A stretch of 62,118 nt of DNA, filler included, from Choristocarpus tenellus KU-1152 (taxonomy: Eukaryota > Protista > Phaeophyceae), in the NCBI GenBank assembly GCA_964200185.2. It is 7 parts of 7 records of this genome, joined end to end, with 100 filler letters (N's around TTAATTAATTAA, not from the genome) between each part and the next. Parts side by side here need not be neighbours in the genome. Positions count along the whole stretch, not along the records: positions 1 to 12,993 come from CAXNAD020001619.1; positions 13,094 to 19,168 come from CAXNAD020009007.1; 5 more parts are not named here. One strand, given 5' to 3'. A program made the position numbers and the translations under genes. This document shows, one piece after another, positions 1 to 13,369 of this stretch. The notes beneath the pieces were generated by a model. It saw only the letters and a program-made list of their open reading frames with translations, searched no databases and was not told the origin of the DNA. The first letter of the stretch is position 1. Every line of letters begins with the position of its first letter.

Positions 1-718
1 TACGGGTGTGATAATGTGCCCCCCCTCCCCCCCTCTCCTGAACTTGAATTGGCAGTCTGTCTAGGTCTGTCCATCCACTTTACACTGGCTCTTAAGTTTT
101 GCTCAATAAGATGCAGACTATTTTTTTTTTCAGCTTTGGTTGTATTGGCATTTTTCGGTTGATATTCCATGTGTCAAGTCACCCCCTGTTTTAGTAAGTG
201 TCAAGTAGTAATAGTTATAGTAATAGTTAATCGTAGTACTAGTAGTAGTTATGGCGATAGTAGTAGTAGTAGTAGTGGGGTCCCTGTTTCAATGGCATCA
301 CATGCTAACTTTTTTTTCATTTAAAAAAAAAAATCGTTCACCTTTCTAAGAAAATTACTCCATGTTTTTTTTCTACATTATTACAAAAAGATGGGAGTGT
401 TTGGATCTTTGAAGTGAATTTGTTTTTATCTCGGAGTATGTTTTTGAAAAGTAAGGGTCTGTGTCTGTCTGTCTGTCTGCCTGTCTAGATGTGTTGGATA
501 GTCTCTCTCTCTCTCTCTGCCTGTTTGTTACAAATAGGATTTTTTTAAATATATTTATATTTATATTTGGGTTTTGTAGCGATAGTGGCGTTGGCAGGGC
601 ATATTATGAACGTTTTACCTATTGATGTGTTGAAGTAGAGGAATAGTTAGGGCCTTTGTTGCGATACTATCTCATTGGTGAGAAAGTGCCTCAGAAGTAA
701 GTGGCCTGCAGGGAGATT

Positions 719-894
719 GGTTCAAAATATCTGGGGGGGGTGGCGGCTGTCCATTCGGGGCCTATTTTTCCATGTTGCGATTTTAGTGTGATTTGGTTGC
801 ATGTGTCGGATGGATAATGTAAATGCACTTTTCCTGATCAGGGACTGAATGGACACCCTGGTGTAGACACCCCCCAAAAAATATACTTTTAGCC
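719..894 (-). mobile_element. MITE family A copy (~176 bp)
   Basis: Termini GGTTCAAAATATCTGGGG...ATATACTTTTAGCC; internal sequence matches the other copies in reverse; 3-bp TSD ATT (716-718/895-897). Confidence 0.85.
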
Positions 895-2118
895 ATTGAA
901 ATGTGATTGTGATTTAGAGATTGAAGGAGCTGTGTGTATTAATTGAACTGACACGTGTGGTAAGTGTTAGAAATTAGAAGCTGCATTGAAAAGAAATATT
1001 GTGTGTGTTTATCTCTCTCTCGCTCTCTCTAAGCTATCATATCTCTCTACTCTGATCCAGGCAGTGCTTACAAAGGAGTAGCTGCTTTTAAAATATATAA
1101 GAAGACAAGTTTTAAAAAAAATATCTTGAATGAATGCTCTATTCTTTTTTATATATCTTGTCGTACCCATAAACTGCAGTACTTTGTAAACTTCTTAGAA
1201 ATTGTTTGGTGGCACTTAATTGTAGAGTATGGTTCTCATGCGTGTTCTAAAGGAGTTAGGGTTATCAACAAACTTGAAAAGTGAGACCTTCAAAACCTGG
1301 ACCACAAGAGGTTACTGTACACAGTGTCCTGTACACAGTGGTCTTATTTAGTAGCAGTAGTTGGTTACTATGGTCATAACATTACAGCCTGATCATAGGA
1401 TGCCATCCAAGTAAACGTTTGCAGTGTTTGTTGGTATCTGTGTGCTTGAAAATGACTTGCGGTGCACCAAGTTCTCCTATACATATGGCGTTTATATTGT
1501 TGGAAGGTACGCCTTCCTATTTTTCTCAAACATTATTTTAGCAGCCCTGAGTTACCCAGGTATCTCTTCTGAAGTGACCGTCCTGGGAGGCCCAGATGCA
1601 CTGGGGATGTATTTCCCTGCATAGACTTGATGCCTGTGAGTTGGAGACACGGGACAAGGTATCTTTCCTTCCCCGTATGTATTTACACCAACCTCCTATC
1701 TCAGTTCAAGTCCTTACAGTCCGAGTTGCTCTGTTGGGAAGGGTTAGGGTCAGGGTTAGGGTTAGTATTGGTTACCTTGGTAGTGAAAGTGAGAGTAGAG
1801 GTTAGTGGGTAGAGTCTCGCAGACTGACTTGAGTAAGTGAAGTCACCCCCTCAGTCCGACCCATGCGGAGGTACTGCCATACCCTCACAACACCCCTCGT
1901 ATCACCCGATCGCAGGGATGTTAAACATAATAAATTGTTATTTTTAACGTGTGATACGTGAAGGGTAAAAAAAATAATTTTTGTTTGTTTGTTTAGAACG
2001 ATCGGATAACGATGTTTTTAATTGTTGCTCTTGTATTGACGATCTATTTCATCGCTCGAACCAACTAAAAAAAAAGTTTTTTTTTCCCCTTATTTTTTTC
2101 TCGTGTCGACCTGTGTAC

Positions 2119-2183
2119 AACCTAACCCTGACCCCAACCCTAACCCTAACCCTAACCCTAACCCTAACCCTGACCCTGACCCC
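2119..2183. repeat. Interstitial telomere-like array (CCCTAA/CCCTGA)n
   Basis: About 10 units read directly; shorter tracts at 1741-1765, 3405-3424, 20461-20478, 21742-21765 and 59754-59769. Confidence 0.9.
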
Positions 2184-3689
2184 ATAATTCAGCCAAGGGA
2201 GCTGGGAACAGTGGTGTTCCTGCGTCGATTGGTTGCCTGTGCTGCGAACGAGGTCTTTTGAGATCTAGGACCATCCGCATCATTTTGGAGCTCTCTGTTT
2301 TGGTTGCGTGACATGCATGCACTTTCAATAATGGGATGGGTTTGCTGGACAATCAAACGTATCATTCGTTTCTTTGATTGTTGCTGATTGGAGGTGTTGG
2401 GAGCATCGCAGCTTGAGGGTGTATCAATCAACGTCGAGCGAGCAATGGTCACCGCTCTGTTCTTGATACATTTGTTGGTCGTGTGAGGGAATGCTTTGTT
2501 GTTGTTTTCCTTATGTGTTGGTGTACACCCATTGATTGGCCCATGTGTGGCAGCCAGGACTTAACAGTGTTGTTGAGATCATGTTGTGTTGAGATCATGT
2601 ACACAAGTTAGTGGTTTGATGCATCCTTTTGAGACAAGTTCTTGCTTTCAGTCTTTAAGTTGTTGCACCATCAAGACCATCCACTGTACACAGTTGCTAC
2701 TTTGGCTGTAGGATCAAAGTTGGAGAAGCAAGTAGGAACGTTGCACCCGTTGCTGTGGTAGAAGGGGAAAGGTAGATAAGGGAAGAGAGCCAATGTACCC
2801 TAGAGGGTGGTGGATTTTGGGCTGTTTATTTTTATTTTCTTGTTAAGGGGGCTTTGTAGGTGTGATTACTCATACCCCGCCTTCATGGCCCGGATTCAGG
2901 AAGTAGCCCCATTGTGAGTTGTCTGTAGATGTAAAATAATAGACCTTTTTGGATGGATGCTTTGTTGGATTGGAGGTCGTAGTAGGGGCTTAAAGGTGCA
3001 TCAGAAGACAGTCAGAAGAGACCCCTTTGCAACAACAGCACCCCCCTCTATTAATAGAATACTTCGGTTTGGACAGGTGTCACATGTGACTGTTAGGGGT
3101 GTATCTTGTTTGTGTTCTGGATCAACAACTGTTAATGCGCAGACCCCCGGTTTTGCTGTGCAGTGGTATCATTGTATAATAATAGTATAATAGTATAGAA
3201 GCAATAGGCCAAAGATCACAGTCAAAGTGTCGCTTCAGATACTCTATAGGGTAAGATGTCTCACACATCAACGCTATATACAGATTCACATCGTGCCCAA
3301 TAATCCAATGCCTTTTTCATATCAAAAGATGATCTATTTTCTATTTTGGTAAGACTTGAGGTCAAGAGTGAGGTGAGATGAGATCCGTTGTGCTTTCGTT
3401 TGTACCTAACCCTAACCCTAACCCTTTTGTGTGCGATGTGAGGATCCCCTCCCTCCCCCCAAACTGAAGACTGGAGGCTGTTTGTGTTAATCCTGCACCC
3501 TACACCTTTTGCCCTGCCATGAAGAGACCCTCTGAAGTCGCAGATTATCAACAGTTAACCCTCTGGAAATGCACTCAAGATGATCAAGACATATCAAATA
3601 ATGCCAATGCTCATACGATGTATATAAACCTCACTGATTTGGGTCAGCACGTTCTTTTGCATGCGCCCTTTCCGAGATTTGTCAAGTAC

Positions 3690-4470
3690 CTGTCAAAATT
3701 CTTTTCCCCACCCCTTTCCATCCTGAGTTGCTCGGATGAACTTTACTGGTGTAGTCGGAACCTTCTAGTTACTTCTTTTTAAAGTAGCATATAAGTGTGG
3801 AATCAGCTATTGTTAGGTGTGTTTGCAACACGTTCTGCAAATACTAGAGTCTGCATCCCATTTGTTTTGCAACTCTTTCACCATACAACATACACAAACG
3901 CAGTGTCAGTAGGGGTGGGTGATTCCTGACAACTGCGGGTATCATCACATCTTTGCTTCAATCGGTAGCTACACCTGTCTACACGTAACCGAAAAGACAC
4001 CGAACTACTTAGAGAGCTCTTTACGCTACATACATTAAATTATTCTGTCATTCTTGCCTGTCTCCCTGTCCTTGCACACATACACTTTGTACTTTTCTGA
4101 TATACAGTCCCACTTCTTGCATGTATTGTGCAGACAACCTGATTGAAATGGAGCTTCTGGAAGCAACATATGGCCAAGTGGGAAGGAGTTGAGTGTACAT
4201 TTCTTCTTGTATACTCCGAAGTACTTGGAGGTTGAATGAAATAATGCTAATACTTAGCACTTACTAGTATTAAAATATTAATTAGTAACATCAATAAAAC
4301 CACATCAACAATTAATTGGTGGTTGAATATATCAGTTACTCGCGGTTTTTCTTGCCAATAATGTGGCAATTTTACTCTGCAGCTTATCCAGTCCTCATCG
4401 TCATGCTCACAGTGACTCTCCTCAATTTTCACAAAATACATGCTTTCTGCTACATTGTCCAAGTAACACG
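3690..4470 (-). CDS. Putative internal exons of an unknown Cys-rich protein (partial)
   Basis: Phase-consistent GT-AG splicing of ~4470-4340, 4223-4084, 3974-3894 and 3745-3690 gives an open frame (...HYWQEKPR/YFGVYKKKC...CKKWDCISEKYKV/CSYRLKQRCDD.../KVHPSNSGWKG...). No family recognised; ends unresolved. Confidence 0.35.
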
Positions 4471-6026
4471 ATCTCGTATCTCAGTGGTTAAAATCCAGTT
4501 TTCCGCGAAATATGTGAGTTGAACCCACTACTCACATTAGATTTTTCTTTCCATAGCAAACTGGTTTCAATCATACACACGACAAGCACTACGAATGATA
4601 CACATGACCATGCGTATTATTATTACTACTAATTGTTTCCGCATCTGGGGATTATCCTGACCCGTGGTCAGAGGCACTGCACACCTCACTACTTCTGACA
4701 TACTCTACCTACTGCAATTAAGTGTTACGCTATCAACATGATTAATTGTACTGCCTCCACTCATGCCTCGCTTCTCACGTGTTGGGTTCGGCAATCCTAC
4801 CACCTCCCCCCTCCAATCTTGTGCTGGACCCTTCTCAATGTAGCCATTTTGGTCTTAGTCCGACGTTTTTGTGTGTTAGAGCGACAGACAGGATAGTATA
4901 GGAGGTGTACAATCCGTTGTGCTTGTCATGTCAAATTGAATACTCAAACCCCGGTTTTCGTGAAAATAAGTCTGGCATCAACAGGGTCCCAAAAACCCTC
5001 GAATTTTCATGCTGGCAACATCCTTGACCACTGAGCCATGAGGACGATCACACATTATCCTGTCTGTCACTGTACCACAAATGTGGAAAAATATGAAACA
5101 TGTAGACATGTTGGCACGTTGACATGGCTTGAGCGCAGAATGATGCTATCAGGTGAACACAGCACAAACATTTGAGGGAGTAGTTGGAGGGATGAGCAAT
5201 GGGATGACTGGACCCTACCTGAGAGAAGGAAGGCATGCACAGAAGGATTATAATCAATCACAGTGCAACAATTTCATACAGTAGTTAGTACAAGAAGTGT
5301 TACAGCATTGTGTAGTGCCTTTCCCCACAGTTGACCTACTTCCAGGCTAAAGTGAAGATCACAAAAATAGTAACTAATACTATTCGCAGTACAATATAAA
5401 AAGGCTAATGCTGGGACTGTGTCATCCTGCTGTTGCTATAAACGACCTTTTAGGCCACTGTCTCCCACCTACGTAACACAACTGCATATCTCTCCTTCTG
5501 GTCCGTGAGATGATACTTATCGTACCTATCATACTTCAGTATCAGCACCAGGGTTAGGGTTTAGGAGTACCTGTTCAGCAATGAAGAAGCACCTAAATGC
5601 TATATTATCTCTTGACTGTTCAGTCATCACTGTGATAGCTCCACAGAGAGAGAGGGTGGTATAGATCGTAGGAACCCTGGTGGCGTTCTCTTCTAAGTCT
5701 GAGATACTTAACTCATTCTACTTCATGCAGGCTAGAGGGAAAAAGAAGTATGAATACACACACTTGGAATGGTGGCACTTGGAACCACATCGAGCTTCAT
5801 TGTTGTGCTGTCGTTTAGGAAGTCCCACTATCCAATACAGCCGTGACTATGAAGTTTCTATCAAAAGGTGGTGTGATATATCACTATCAAATAGGCCAGG
5901 TCAGTGATAAAAAAAAATCAGAGAGAAAAATCACGATTATCAAATTAATCACCTCGGAAGAAAAGAAGACAACCTAAAAGTTAAACCTCATCTCCCTGCA
6001 GATGAGATCGTGGCATTCCATCACAG

Positions 6027-9000
6027 TCACAACACAGAGTGACTCCCAAGCTCATCCCCAGGCGTCTTGTGGTCTGTGGCCATCGGTTTTGACTCATAAA
6101 CACATTCAACTACTCCATGGCGGAGCTGTCACAAGAAATACACAAAGAGCACAGTGTTTTCAGCAGGAAAAGGGGGGAGTCGAGACAAACGGCAATAGCG
6201 GTAAACTTTGTTAGCACAAGATAGGTGTAACTAACTTAACTTCAGTGCATGTCGGCATGTGTTGGGCTTGTTTGTGTGTATATATGTAACAGTGGAACAT
6301 CAAGGCAATGAGAAAAGGAAAACATTAAGAAGGAAGGAGTTCTCATTCGCAGATATGCTGGAACAACAATTAAAAAAAAACTGAGCGGTTTGGTAAAATT
6401 GAAAAAAAACGGATAATGGCTTTTGCTGGTACCACCCATCCATGCCCTTCCATCCTTGTGTAGTGATTAGACCAAGACTGTCTTCAAGGCATTAACTGCC
6501 ATGTACACTTGAAGTGTGAATTGAAAAAATGTTATACATACACAACTGTTGCAAAAATCCCAAAACTCTCTTATCAAACCACATTGCACAGCCACCAAAC
6601 CATAAAGTTATAGCAATGTTGCATGTTTGAAGACTTAAGTGGGTAGTCAGACTGTTGGGGATAGTTGTAGCCCACCTTGGTGCTCTCTCCCTTGAATCCC
6701 AGGTAAGATAGAACTGTGGATGCTGCTCCAAAGTTGTCCGGTACATAAAGAGTGATCTCGCTTACGTTCTGCATCTTTGACATCTTAGTGGGGTAATCTA
6801 CCTTTCTTGCAAGTTCCAAGGGGAGGGGGGGAGGAGGTTACGCGGGTGATACAAAATGAAAAGAAGATGAGGTAATTAATGACTCCAATTAAGTGAAAAC
6901 AGTCATGATGAGGGCCTAGGACTTGAAACGCTTGGCATGCGTGAGTTCAATGTATCTGTACAATCTACTTCATAAGGTGCTCTGCGTGCTTTTAGTACAC
7001 CTATACCACAACTCATATCGGAATTCTGTTCTGACATATTACAAAACAAAAAACACTCAGCCCAGCGCTGCGAACATGGAGAGCGGAACACCCTCATAAA
7101 AATATATATTCTACAACTATCAGGAGGGGTGTACCTCATGAGTACAAGTTATCCTTGGGTGGAGCATTGCACAGTTGATTACTGATACAATACCTCAAAA
7201 ACAAAAGAGACTCAACAGCATGTGGAAGTGATCACATACTGATAACCAAATATAGGTAGATATATCCATTGAATGTAGGGGTTGTGAGCTGCACAAAGAT
7301 GCACAAGAAGCACACTGTTATGGTGCTTACTGGCGTGCTGTCAAAGTAAGATGAACAGATTGCACTGTTCCCTTGGGACAAGGGCATTGAGAACCACATA
7401 CAGCAGCACCTGTTACAATATTTCCTCAAATATCAACAGCACATCAAATGGATGTACTGTACGTGCCCTCCAAGGGTGGGGAGGGCAACAGAAAAAGATT
7501 GACATAGCCAGTGTGCATGTGTGGTTGATGGAACCATGACACAGCCAGTGTGCATGTGTGGTTGATGAAACCATGATACAGCCACTGTGTATGCGTGGTT
7601 GATGGAACCAAATGCTTGGGAGACGACTGGCATGCTAGAGAAGCCAAGATATAGCTGACATACGTCATGCTGAAGCAGCAGCTAAGGCAGCTACAGCAGA
7701 TGAAGTAACATGTCCACTCCCTAGGTTTCCACAGCACATTGATGGTTGCTTTTATTGCTATTATTCTTGTTCTCACTTAAAGAAAACCAAACATCCAAAG
7801 AAATATTTCAATCCCTCAAGGTTAGAAAGAGCATATATTGCTATCACATCTACAAACACCCTCCTGAGCAAGGATCATGGAATGAAACACGGGCAATGTG
7901 AGACACCTGGTCAAGGTCTCATCTGAATAGGTGAACATCAGGCTTCATTATTTCCCTGGCCATGTATCTCGACCCTACAGGCATGTATAGTATTTGTGAC
8001 TTGTTTCACTATATCATATGCAATACACAATATGGCAATTGAAAAAATTCTCATACTCCAAGTACAATCATCCCATGACAGACAGATATCAGGTCAATCT
8101 AGCATGGGGCAAAACAATAAGTACAACTCCTAAAGTACATTTCACAAACACACCAGAGCAAATTTTCCTCTTTCCTGCAGAGCTCTAGCGGATAATGTAC
8201 CGTCTCACCTCAACTCCCCCGCTTTCCTCGACCATTTCCAGAGTCTGAATTGGAGGTAGGTCTTGCGCTAAGCCAAAGTCGATATCATCCCGATTTACAT
8301 ACCTACGATAAGAAAAACGATATGACTTGTCAAAGTCATCCGGTTGAAGGTAATCAAGGCAAGCAGTAGAAAACATAAAATATCACGGTCGTGACGACCA
8401 AGCCACCGTAGCAGGCCAACAAATACATGTGGAAATGCTACTACTTCATCCATGTCAAACGTGCCTCAAATACAGACTCACACTTTCATGTGTGCTGGTG
8501 CTGCCCCTCCAGTACCACTCAATACGCTAATGGCCCTGATCTTGACGACCTGAGAAAAGAGGAATAGGCACAGAATGCAGTTGGCAGAGCGGGCGCTTCT
8601 CAGTGTTAGGTTTGTTTCGTGAGGTTACGTATTCCTGCCAATTATGACGTGAAGTGGCCAGAATGCAATATCATAAAATAAATTGTAATGCCAAATTTGA
8701 TATCCATCCTTGATGCAACTTTGCGTATCGATGACCTAGAAACGCAAATCTATGGTGATGCTGACCTGTGTAAAAGGTACGTATATGATCAACTCTGGGT
8801 CATCCTCCTCACTCTCCAGGTGTGGCTCGAGGTCTCTTCGCCTGTCCCACGGCTTCAAGCAATTGACAGCTCCACCGGGTTCGCTCTCATTTAAACATCT
8901 CACCCTTAGGGTATATATATATAGATACAAATATATTAGTGCTTAATCGGCAAGTGGGTTTTGTGTTGTGGCGAAAGCTCAAGGTTGAAATCCTTGTACT

Positions 9001-9146
9001 CACCGCGTTGTATCGATGAGACCGAAAAGGGAAACTCCGTTGGGGTCCTCAACATCGTGACTGTGGTCATGGCCGTGTCCATGATCATGGTTATGGTCAT
9101 GTCCTTCCCCCCCCCCAGCTTCTTCGTGATCTCGTCTGCAGGCCAT
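6027..9146 (-). CDS. PITHD1: PITH domain-containing protein 1-like, 6 exons (9146-9004, 8904-8766, 8549-8482, 8302-8209, 6801-6676, 6125-6027)
   Basis: All introns GT-AG and phase-consistent. Protein has a His-rich N-terminus, then VRCLNESEPG, LESEEDDPELIIYVPFT, YVNRDDIDF, DYPTKMSKMQNVSEITLYVPDNFG, LGFKGE and VYESKPMATDHK, matching PITHD1 motifs. Confidence 0.92.
7501..7610. repeat. 37-bp minisatellite x3 in PITHD1 intron 4
   Basis: Unit GACAYAGCCAGTGTGCATGTGTGGTTGATGGAACCAT head-to-tail, no spacers. Confidence 0.9.
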
Positions 9147-11283
9147 GTCGAGGCTGCTCTACTGGATTTGTGTCTCTCCTTACCTGCTTAGGTTCGACAC
9201 ACCGCTTTGTCTAGCTCGGATGAAATCTAATCTCCCTACTTCGGATCCTTCACCTTTCAAGATCCCTTGAGCTCAAGCAATGCCAAAGTCTTGTACAGAC
9301 CAGGTTTCGAAGGTTTGATCCCTGGTTATACCAAGAAAATAATCGAGAGACAAACAAGAGAAGAGAGAGGACAAAATTCCAATACAAGGTCAACATCCAC
9401 GACGACGCCTTCCTGGCGATATTGAACTGTGCACAACTATAATAATAGAGGTGGACTATAAAATCATTAGTATGTTGATGATATACATATTTTACTGGAT
9501 TTTTACATCGATGGTGGGAATGGGGGTGTCAGACAGAAGATTATATGTCAGGGACAGGTCACCTTTTGTGGGATCTCCAACATTAATGAGGATAATATGC
9601 GCGGCCATATACGTTTGCGCGCATCACCTTTTGCAATTGAGACCAGGGCAAGTAATGTGTTGTAGATCAGATGCACGAATGGCACGCGGTAACCCCGACA
9701 TGAACGGTGGATTCAAACCAGCAAAGCCCGAGATTGTGTTTTCTGTTCTGCCTGGTGACAACCAATCACACTGAAGACTGATCCACGTGGCACTCTGCGG
9801 CTGTCAACATACACCCAGCGTGCCTCAGTCTCATCTTTCACTTTCTTTCTGAACCTCATCTCTGGTGGTTCTCATCACCTCCCATCACACAGAACCAGCC
9901 AGGTCCCATTACATGTATATCTTCTAATATACTACTTGAAAGGGGCGAAATTGACTCTCCTCCTTTCGTCTAAGACTATGGTTCATAATACGGTTGATGA
10001 TTTTGTATTATTACTATTAATAATGATGGTAGAAAGAGTTGTCTGGATAGTTCCTGTGTTGTTGTATAACAGATCGGAGTAGTGGTGGTGGTAGTAGTAT
10101 TCATAGTAGTACCCTATTAGTTCATTTCTCTATTTTCTTTTACATCGAAAACTATCTCCACTTGTGATTAGAGGCACGACACACTGCACTTCTTTTCACA
10201 CTGAATACTGAGAGAGTGCTCCTCCTTCTCCCTCAAGACTTACGCTGGACCTACCTATTCGTCCCAAGCCAGTCAAGCATTACCACCTCATCCTTGTTCC
10301 CTGGCATTCTGTTGTATAGCGACAGATACAATGGTAGTACAGATGCGTGTATTTTCAAATGCTTGGCAATGGATTCTGGATAGCCAAAACCAGATTTCAA
10401 GGAAAGAAGTCTGGCGCCTGACGGGATTTGAATCAGCAAATTCATGCGGGGAATAGCCTTTATTAACAACAGAGCAAGGAGCCTTTAGAGCGCAAGATTC
10501 AAGGAAAGAGGAGGTGTAACAAGCGGTGGGATGCCTGATCCCAATGTGCGAGAAAGATGCAAGACACACGTGGGGTAGCGCAATTAGTTGTACTATGTAA
10601 TAGTGATACGGTTAGTGAGCAGCAGTGCAGTGTGTAGCGCCCCTGACCATGATTCGGGGCTAGGCGGGTTCAAGTTTTAGGATCGCAGTCTCTGACTAGA
10701 CTCGAGTGCAAGTTTAGCGAGAAATCTTGAAAATGACGAATAATATAATCATTTCCGCTTTCTGACGTTTATTTTTCCCAATGTGTAGATAATCCACGCT
10801 CGACATGGCAAGCAGGAATGTTGAAATAGTCAGTCTATATCTATTTTCATCATATTTTGTACTCTTCGCATTAGACTGAGGGGTCCCAGACCCGTAGTGG
10901 AAGGTACGTAGTTGGAAGAACGCAATACGCACTGCTTGAGAAACACACACAAATACTCGAATACTAAGATAAAAAAATTGGAAAAGTACTTAAAAGGAAA
11001 GAAGAAAGTACGCAGGATTGATGTGTCTGAGGAAAAGAACACAAGAAAAAGTATTAGGAGATTTACAAAGCCCAAGAAGGTGCAGTTATCGTCGCCATCC
11101 GTAAAGGAAACCTGCTCACCATTTCGCACAGATCCTTTTCAAGCAGTACCGTAGAAAAACACTACTGTGTAGGGCTCTAGCGCTGAGTTGTAACAATACT
11201 TAGAAGTAGTTTACTGAGATGCCACGAAACATTCTGGCGCCTGTTGATCCCGATCTGTTAGTGGAGCGGGGATCAGCGGGAAT

Positions 11284-12990
11284 TGTGCAATTTTCCTTGG
11301 GAGGTAAATGCTATTTATCTGTAGTGAAGACAAGAAGGTGTGAAGCCTCACACGGTTCCCCATTGCTGAACGTGATTACATGGTTGAAATTAGAAGAGTG
11401 ACCTTTGTGGGGTGCCTTCCTATTGCTTGTTTTATTATTATTTTGTGCTTCTTACATAAGTCAACGGTTATATCAAAGTAGTTGAATACAAACAAAAAAC
11501 CCATAAATATTCCCGTTCATAACCCTGATGTACTTTCTCATTAGGTACATTACATGGACTCAGTCAAAATGATAATCTCTCATACACAAAATAAGGTACA
11601 CCTCACTATTGTCCTATTTTGCACACTCTCCCATGAGAGTGGAAATAAGAGAAATCAGATTGGTTCAACCCTCACACACATCACATTTATACTGTCAATG
11701 CAGTAAAAAAACACTGATTGCTTGAACTCGAACATACGTCATTCATCTAGTCAACACAGTGTCTACGAAGTCTTGTACCTGCTTCTTCAGATGCACCAAC
11801 ACAGTGATGTACAATCGTGTGTCCCATGATGAGAGCCAAAGTATCTTAGAGGGTAGAGCCGCGTCCATTTGGGGGTCAAAATCCAATTTAAATTCAGACT
11901 TAGTCTTGACAGGATTTCTTCCCCATGTCAAAACCTCTCCCTCTATGAATGTTCCTTTAATCCATTGTTGCTCCATCTTGTCCATTGCCGCTTGCCATTC
12001 TCGCATGTCAGGCCCCGTGAGTGCCTCTGATATAGAAGATGGTTCTTGATAGTCTGGAGTAGACATTATTTACTCCCCAGACTTACAGGTATTGTGCAGG
12101 CAGCCATTTGCTGACAACCTTCCTCGCCAGGGTGCCTCTGATATATTGCATGCCTCATTCCATGTGCCATCGCTGTCCATTTCGCTTCTGATGAAGACGT
12201 GGTTACAGCTCCATGCATCTTGGATTTCCATGCAATTGGTGCCTCATTCAATAGGATTAGGTATACCGTCACGCTTCGCCTTGAAACAGTGTCATTGACC
12301 CAGTCTGAGTCTCCATACCCGACCAGGCCCCCATTGTCCATTTCACCACCAGCAGGATAGTGTATCCCTACTTTCATGGTGCCCACTAGGTATTGTAGAA
12401 CATGTTGCAGCCCTTTGCTGACAACCTTCCACTGTTTTTTCTTTTCTGGCTCCAACCCTGGTCCAGCTAATTCCTCCTGCTGTTTAGACGGTGTCGCTCT
12501 CCTCTCGCGACAAACGATCTGAAGGTGTTTTTTACCTCCACAGTTGTAGCATATTCCTTCGAAAGAACAAGGACCAATATCCTTGATCAGTCCATAGTTT
12601 AAACATCTTCTGTTGGTCTTGATCTCGTCTCTGCTAGGGAATCCTGTTGTAAATTGGTCCGTACATTGATCAGTTGTACCTTGGTCACCTCCTCAGCTGA
12701 TCTTCAGTGTTCTCTTCCACGAGTTTTTGGTCCCAGCGGCTAGAGTGCTCCCAGTCTCCCCGCGGTTAGCTCCTCCTTTCCCTTCTGGGTGAGGCTTAGT
12801 TACTTCTCCTGCTAATGTCCTGCTCCCCTAGTGGCAGGTGCAGCAATTGCTTTTCTCATTCTGTAAGCAAGAATCTTGTCACAGGGTCCCAGTGCTCAAT
12901 ATTCGGCATGGTCTACCTGTTACAGGCGCCCCAGAAAGCTTACCTCCACAGGATGTATAGCTCCAATCTACGGGCCTATAGATGATACTG
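11284..12990 (-). mobile_element. Decayed Ty1/Copia element: 3' LTR (11284-11625) plus RT, RNase H and gag-like remnants
   Basis: LTR TGTGCA...TGCACA next to a purine tract on minus; EPSSISEALTGPD..WQAAM (RT start); GYGDSDW..D..SRRSVT..IAWKSK..SSSEA (RNase H); LTR homologous to 46619-46944 and 50363-50680. Confidence 0.88.
11833..11886 (-). mobile_element. MITE family B, truncated end inside Copia
   Basis: GAGCCAAAGTATCTTAGAGGGTAGAGCCGCGTCCATTTGGGGG matches the family B terminus. Confidence 0.8.
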
Positions 12991-12993
12991 ATG

Positions 12994-13093
12994 NNNNNNN
13001 NNNNNNNNNNNNNNNNNNNNNNNNNNNNNNNNNNNNNTTAATTAATTAANNNNNNNNNNNNNNNNNNNNNNNNNNNNNNNNNNNNNNNNNNNN
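12994..13093. other. Artificial contig linker (N44-TTAATTAATTAA-N44)
   Basis: Identical 100-bp spacer with six-frame stops, repeated six times. Confidence 0.98.
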
Positions 13094-13369
13094 GGGGGGG
13101 GGGGGTGGGGGGGGGGGGGGGGAAGTAGTTATGTAGTGCATGTGGTAATGAAAAGTGCCCGTTGTCTGCAGCATCCACAATTCTAGCAAGAATGGGTGGA
13201 ACAATTGTGACATTCTTTAGGCTGCATCTGGTTGTTGTTGTGCCCACAGTAGAGCGAGTGCCTGTTCTTGTGGCTATCATTTGTGAACTCTTTTTTTATT
13301 TGGAACCTTTGTGTTTAGACCCCAGGAAGTTTGGTCAGGATGATGCCTGTGTTTAAGAAAGTGGCCAAG

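Noticed and set aside
7501-7610. 37-bp repeats with a small hairpin, CRISPR-like in length
   Set aside because: No spacers, intronic, no cas genes; a minisatellite.
9050-9105. His-rich HDHNHDHGHGHDH tract
   Set aside because: His-rich N-termini are ordinary for PITHD1 homologues.
10615-10690. tRNA-like A/B-box sequence (GGGTTCAAG)
   Set aside because: No complete cloverleaf could be folded; at most a decayed SINE head.
12994-13093. Recurrent TTAATTAATTAA palindrome in N runs
   Set aside because: Artificial six-frame-stop linker; adjacency across it has no biological meaning, so no cross-contig gene cluster is claimed.
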